DNA from: Candidatus Omnitrophota bacterium
GTDB taxonomy: Bacteria > Omnitrophota > Gorgyraeia > Zapsychrales > Fredricksoniimonadaceae
NCBI GenBank assembly: GCA_037131245.1
Contig: JBAXRK010000006.1
Location: 52,295-116,294, forward strand
Direction: 5' to 3'
Length of the DNA: 64,000 nucleotides
This document shows positions 59,754 to 64,000 of the stretch, piece after piece; within the stretch, counting starts at the first letter, position 1, and every line of letters begins with the position of its first letter. The position numbers and the translations under genes are program-made. Below the pieces are notes generated by a model. It was not told where the DNA came from, ran no database searches, and saw only the letters and a list, made by a program, of their open reading frames with translations.

Positions 59754-60827
59754 ATGATCCAGAAGCTCATCAAGATCTTGCAGGATATCAAGGAGTACTT
59801 CCTCAGTTATTTTTCTACGGACCTCGGCATCGACTTAGGGACAGCGACCACGCTGGTTTATGTTAAAGGCCAGGGTGTTGTTTTGTGCGAGCCTTCCGTT
59901 GTGGCTATTGAAAAAGGGACCAATCGCGTGGTAGCGGTCGGAGATGAGGCCAAAAAGATGTTAGGCCGTACACCGGGCAGCATTGTGGCGATCCGCCCCA
60001 TGAAGGACGGTGTTATTTCCGACTTTGAAGTCACCGAAGCGATGCTCAAGTATTTCATCAAGAAGGTCCATCCCCGCAAGTTTTTTATTCATCCGTCGGT
60101 CGTTATTGCGATCCCTTCGGGGATCACGGAAGTCGAACGGCGCGCGGTTATTGATTCGGCGATCCATGCCGGGGCGCGTGATGTGTTCCTGATCGAGGAA
60201 CCGAAAGCCGCGGCGATCGGCGTGGGCCTGCCGGTCCATGAACCGGGTGGGAACATGATCATTGATATCGGTGGCGGTACGACGGAATTCGCGGTTATTT
60301 CATTGGGCGGCATTGTTTATGCCAAGTCTATCCGTGTTGCGGGTGACGAGATGGATACCGCTGTTATGGAGTATTTACGCAAGACCTATAATTTGATGAT
60401 CGGTGAACGCACGGCGGAAGAGATCAAGATCCGTATCGGTTCCGGTTACCCTCTCGAAGAAGAGCTTACGATGGATGTTCGCGGGCGCGATCTGATCGCC
60501 GGCCTGCCCAAGACCATTTCGATCACCTCCGTTGAGATCCGCGAAGCCCTGGCCGATACCGTCCAGGCGATCGTGGACGCGGCCAAATCCACCCTGGAAC
60601 ATACGCCACCGGAACTCGCGGCCGATCTGATCGATCGCGGTATCGTGATGGCTGGCGGCGGCTCATTGCTGCGCGGTGTTGACAAGCGTATTGCCGAGGA
60701 GACCGGACTTCCGGTCCATGTGGCGGAAGATCCTAACACCGCTGTTGTTCGTGGCACGGGTGAGACGGTCAATATGCCGGCCAGGCTCCGCAAGCGTCTG
60801 ATGGCGCAGGCAAAACTCGATTTTTGA
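59754..60827 (+). CDS. mreB: Rod-shape-determining actin homologue MreB
   Basis: [45 protein letters not shown] and [10 protein letters not shown] are present. Confidence 0.96.
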   Translation: MIQKLIKILQDIKEYFLSYFSTDLGIDLGTATTLVYVKGQGVVLCEPSVVAIEKGTNRVVAVGDEAKKMLGRTPGSIVAIRPMKDGVISDFEVTEAMLKYFIKKVHPRKFFIHPSVVIAIPSGITEVERRAVIDSAIHAGARDVFLIEEPKAAAIGVGLPVHEPGGNMIIDIGGGTTEFAVISLGGIVYAKSIRVAGDEMDTAVMEYLRKTYNLMIGERTAEEIKIRIGSGYPLEEELTMDVRGRDLIAGLPKTISITSVEIREALADTVQAIVDAAKSTLEHTPPELAADLIDRGIVMAGGGSLLRGVDKRIAEETGLPVHVAEDPNTAVVRGTGETVNMPARLRKRLMAQAKLDF

Positions 60828-60838
60828 GCTAAGGCTTC

Positions 60839-61618
60839 ATGCTGCGACAACTTCCGAAACAGCTCATCTACGCCCTTCTTTTCATTATTCCTTTTTGGCT
60901 GCTGTTCTTCAATTCTCCTTTCTTTCACGGTGTAAAAATGGGGCTGATGTCCTTTGCCACGTCGTCGGTAGCGGTGGTGCGTTGGCCGGTCGATGAAGCG
61001 GGGCGTGTTCTTTCCTATCGCAAGACCTACAATGATTATCAGAAATTAAAGCGTGAGGTGGGCGGCGTCAAGGCCCGCTTGGTGGCACTTGAGGAGAATG
61101 GCGCGGCGAACAAGCGTTATGTGCGCCTGCTGGACTTGAGGAATAAGCTGAATTATTCAACCGAAACGGCCCTGGTGGTGGCGCGCGACCCGGCGAACTG
61201 GAATTCGTCTCTTATGGTTAATAAAGGTAAAAGTGACGGCTTGCGCCCGGGCATGGCGGTTATTGACGCCAGCGGCGTGGTGGGGAAGGTGGCCGAGGTG
61301 GCGGGGGATGTTTCCAAGGTCATTTTGCTTAACGATTCCGGCTTTAGCGTGGCGGTGGTCAATCAGCGTTCACGTGAGAGTAGCTTGTTGTCCGGATCTC
61401 TTTCCGGGGATTGCCGTCTGCATTATCTGCCACAGGATGCCGATATTCGGGTGGGCGATGAGATCGTGACGTCCGCCCTAAGTTCCGTATTCCCTGAGGG
61501 ATTACGGGTCGGAACGGTCAGCGAGGTCTATCCCGGCGATCAGGGCACGCCGCCGCGAGCGATCGTTGAGCCGGCGGTTGAACCGAGCAAGCTCGAAGAA
61601 GTTCTTATCATCAAGTGA
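60839..61618 (+). CDS. mreC: Rod-shape-determining protein MreC
   Basis: It has an N-terminal TM segment and coiled coil (LKREVGGVKARLVALEEN), then VIDASGVVGKVAEVAGDVSKVILLND and GDEIVTSALSSVFPEGLRVGTV. It follows mreB in the usual synteny. Confidence 0.88.
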   Translation: MLRQLPKQLIYALLFIIPFWLLFFNSPFFHGVKMGLMSFATSSVAVVRWPVDEAGRVLSYRKTYNDYQKLKREVGGVKARLVALEENGAANKRYVRLLDLRNKLNYSTETALVVARDPANWNSSLMVNKGKSDGLRPGMAVIDASGVVGKVAEVAGDVSKVILLNDSGFSVAVVNQRSRESSLLSGSLSGDCRLHYLPQDADIRVGDEIVTSALSSVFPEGLRVGTVSEVYPGDQGTPPRAIVEPAVEPSKLEEVLIIK

Positions 61619-61622
61619 TCTT

Positions 61623-62111
61623 ATGAAGCAGATCCTGCTGATCCCCCTCATTTGTTATCTGGCTCTTTTGATGGAGTTTACTTTGTTCAATTTGTTCGGC
61701 CGCTGGGGAGATCCGCATTTACTGCTTTTGGTGGTGATCTTTTTTAATCTATACTCCGGTATCCGTTTCAGCCTCTGGTCGGCGTTGTGGGCGGGCGTGC
61801 TCAAGGATTGTTTTAGTACCATGCCCTTCGGCACGAATATTTTTGCTTATGTTGTGTGCGCGTTCGTTTCACTGGCGGTGCGTCGTTATTGTTATGAGCG
61901 CGGGTCTAATGTGTCGCGGGTATGGATGGTTTTTTGCGTGGTAACAGCTTACACGGTGGTTATGGGGTTGACCCATAAAATGGCCTTCGACGATGTTCAG
62001 TGGCTTGATGTTTGGGGGAGCTTGTGGCTGCCCGAAATGCTGATCACGGGGGCTGTCGCGATCTTTGTCTTCGACCGCCTTAGGGACAGCGCCCGGCTTC
62101 TTAAATTCTGA
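61623..62111 (+). CDS. mreD: Rod-shape-determining protein MreD
   Basis: ATG 61623 gives a 162-aa, 5-TM protein (MKQILLIPLICYLALLMEFTLFN...) positioned between mreC and mrdA. Confidence 0.75.
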   Translation: MKQILLIPLICYLALLMEFTLFNLFGRWGDPHLLLLVVIFFNLYSGIRFSLWSALWAGVLKDCFSTMPFGTNIFAYVVCAFVSLAVRRYCYERGSNVSRVWMVFCVVTAYTVVMGLTHKMAFDDVQWLDVWGSLWLPEMLITGAVAIFVFDRLRDSARLLKF

Positions 62112-62113
62112 TC

Positions 62114-63808
62114 ATGCGCCTGCAAATCATCCGCCATTGTATTCTGGTGTCTTTTGTCCTGATCCTGATGAACTTGTTTTATCTTCAGGTGATACGGGGC
62201 GGGTATTTTTCTCATTTGAGTTTAACAAATTCGATCCGCGTGATCCCTTTCGAAGGGGCGCGGGGCCAGATCCTTGATCGGAATGGCAATGTATTGGCCG
62301 ATAGCGTTAAGGCCTACCACGCAGTGGTCATTCCCCAGGATATCCGTAATAAAAAATCCCTTTTCGCGTTCATGGCGGATGTCCTGGGCGTTGATGTGTC
62401 GGTTATTGAAAAGCGCTACCTGAAGAACAAGCTGACGCCGTTCACGCCGGTAACGCTCTCTGATGACCTTAAGCGTTCTCAGGCCATCATGATCGAGGAG
62501 AATGCGTTCCGGTTCCCGGGCTTGATGGTGCTGGAGAAATTCGCCCGGCGGTATCCCTATGGTGAAAGCGCGGCCCATCTGGTGGGTTATGTGGGCAAAG
62601 TAGACCCGTTCAAGCTGGGGCGGGGGCCGGAGTATGGTTTTAGCGCGGAAGATATCGTAGGGTATTCCGGCGCGGAAGAATACTATAATGATCTTTTGCG
62701 CGGGGAGCCTGGTGGACGGCAGATCGAGGTGAATAGCCGCGGCCAGCAGACGCAGTTGTTGAGCGTCCGTGAGCCAACCGACGGTCGCAGCATTATGCTT
62801 ACAGTGGATACAGACATGCAGCGTGCGGCACTGACGGCGCTCAACGGGCGGCGCGGAGCCGTGGTGGTGATGGATCCTTCGAACGGCGAGATCCTGGCTC
62901 TGGTCAGTTCTCCGTCTTTCGATCCAAATGCTTTCGTTGATCGTGAGAATCGTGAGAGGGTGGGCGATTATCTTCAGGATACGTTCTCGCCTTTGCTCAA
63001 TCGCACGGTTTCCGGGTCTTTCCCGCCGGGTTCTGTATTCAAGATCCCGGTGTCGATGGGTGGGCTTGAAGAGCATCGGATACAACCGTCGACAACGTAC
63101 GATTGCCCCGGTTATTTTCAGATGGGCGACCGTACCTACCGTTTCCCTCATGCCTGGGGCACCCAGGACCTGACAGCGGCGCTGGCTCATTCGGCTAATG
63201 AATACTTTTTTCACATTGGCTTATTGCTTGGGCCCGATGCCATGGGCAAGTACGCCCGGGCTTTTGGGCTTGGGAGCAAAACAGGCATCGATCTTCCCTT
63301 TGAGTCTAAAGGTGGTTTGCCGGGATTGAGTGTCGGCCGCTGGTACAAAGGCGACACGCTCAATATGTCGATCGGGCAGGGATATGTTCTGGCGACGCCG
63401 GTCCAGTTGGCGCGCTTGATCGCGACGGTTGAGAATAGGGGGCTGATGCCGCAGCCGCATATTTTACTGTCGGGCCCGGATGGTTCGCCAAAGATTTCGC
63501 TGTCGCATGTGTCATTCCGTAAGGATGTTTGGGACGCGGTCCGTGCCGGATTGGACGAGGTTGTTTCGCTTGATACCGGGACCGCGCACGCGCTTGCGGC
63601 TATTCCCGGAGCTGTTACGTATGGTAAAACCGGAACGGCGCAGGCCAGTGGCGGGAAAGATGATCACGCCTGGTTTGCCGGTGTCACCCGGACCGATAAG
63701 GCGGTTATTGCCTATTGTGTTTTCCTTGAACATGGCGGGTCAAGCGCTAATGCCGTGGCATTGACCCATGAATTCCTCACCTCGTTGCGCGAGCAGAATA
63801 AGATCTAA
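62114..63808 (+). CDS. mrdA: Penicillin-binding protein 2 (elongasome D,D-transpeptidase)
   Basis: It has an N-terminal TM segment and a dimerisation domain. The transpeptidase motifs are SxxK (PGSVFK), SxN (HSANEY) and KTG (GKTGTA). Confidence 0.92.
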   Translation: MRLQIIRHCILVSFVLILMNLFYLQVIRGGYFSHLSLTNSIRVIPFEGARGQILDRNGNVLADSVKAYHAVVIPQDIRNKKSLFAFMADVLGVDVSVIEKRYLKNKLTPFTPVTLSDDLKRSQAIMIEENAFRFPGLMVLEKFARRYPYGESAAHLVGYVGKVDPFKLGRGPEYGFSAEDIVGYSGAEEYYNDLLRGEPGGRQIEVNSRGQQTQLLSVREPTDGRSIMLTVDTDMQRAALTALNGRRGAVVVMDPSNGEILALVSSPSFDPNAFVDRENRERVGDYLQDTFSPLLNRTVSGSFPPGSVFKIPVSMGGLEEHRIQPSTTYDCPGYFQMGDRTYRFPHAWGTQDLTAALAHSANEYFFHIGLLLGPDAMGKYARAFGLGSKTGIDLPFESKGGLPGLSVGRWYKGDTLNMSIGQGYVLATPVQLARLIATVENRGLMPQPHILLSGPDGSPKISLSHVSFRKDVWDAVRAGLDEVVSLDTGTAHALAAIPGAVTYGKTGTAQASGGKDDHAWFAGVTRTDKAVIAYCVFLEHGGSSANAVALTHEFLTSLREQNKI

Positions 63809-63908
63809 AAAAACCTGTATAAATAGTTTAATATTTCATTGAAGACCCCAACCTATTTGGTAGGATGAGCTTGTATATCCCAACAAATAGTGTTTGGACC
63901 TTTTTCAA

Positions 63909-64000
63909 TGGCCCTGTCCGCGATTTATAAGATTTACGGAAAAACGCCTTCGGCGTTCGTGAAGTATTGCCTTCCCGTCCTTGTTACTCTTCTTTTTCTT
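63909..64000 (+). CDS. Possible 5' end of rodA (SEDS glycosyltransferase), truncated by the window end
   Basis: ATG 63909 opens MALSAIYKIYGKTPSAFVKYCLPVLVTLLFL (hydrophobic onset). The call rests on the usual mrdA-rodA synteny; only 30 codons are visible. Confidence 0.3.

Noticed and set aside
63809-63908. An imperfect inverted repeat (CTATTTG ... CAAATAG) lies in the mrdA / putative rodA intergenic region.
   Set aside because: Only 7 bp pair perfectly, the loop is ~25 nt, and no U-tract follows. It cannot be distinguished from chance.
1-64000. I searched for CRISPR arrays, tRNA/rRNA genes, IS elements, integrases, reverse transcriptases/DGRs and toxin-antitoxin pairs.
   Set aside because: I saw no direct-repeat/spacer periodicity. 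There is no tRNA-like T-arm outside coding sequence (the GGTTCGAT matches at ~9570 and ~11690 are inside CDS). No transposase, integrase or RT motifs appear in any listed ORF. The window looks like stable chromosome rather than a mobile island.

Overview
This 64-kb window looks like a chromosomal segment of a diderm (Gram-negative-type) bacterium. Diderm markers present are a TonB-dependent receptor, Lgt/LspA, a lipobox lipoprotein and mreBCD-mrdA. I call about 55 CDS, and all but three are on the + strand. I found no rRNA, tRNA, CRISPR array, transposase or integrase by eye. Housekeeping blocks: photolyase; an NrdR-box-controlled anaerobic RNR operon (radical-SAM gene, nrdD, nrdG, flavodoxin-fold reductase); cspA; mntP; an FKBP/CcdA/TlpA periplasmic folding cluster; lexA; a B12 island (cobalamin riboswitch-btuB, nitroreductase, metH); trpB2; yceI; an ECF sigma/anti-sigma pair; addAB; yggS-proC-mtnP-ileS-dksA-lspA-lgt-rluD; aroA; mreBCD-mrdA. 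Main candidate for something new: a single 9.2-kb ORF (16534-25746) encodes a 3,070-aa protein with a Sec-type signal, a complete GHKL/Bergerat ATPase motif set, degenerate propeller-like repeats and a C-terminal HExxH motif. It is followed within 4-40 nt by an atypical (APPY, AT-hook) DNA-methyltransferase-like gene. Other unusual loci: (1) a probable c-di-GMP-I (GEMM-I) riboswitch on the minus strand drives an 84-aa secreted protein, convergent with a chaperone-like plus pilus-N-domain outer-membrane-barrel gene pair; (2) a perfect 7-2-7 palindrome sits inside the lexA promoter, is unlike the classical SOS boxes I know, and the lexA mRNA appears leaderless; (3) a 1,050-aa Cys-rich GLUG-repeat surface protein is built from two tandem ~400-aa modules. 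All functional calls rest on motif recognition by eye; no searches were run.
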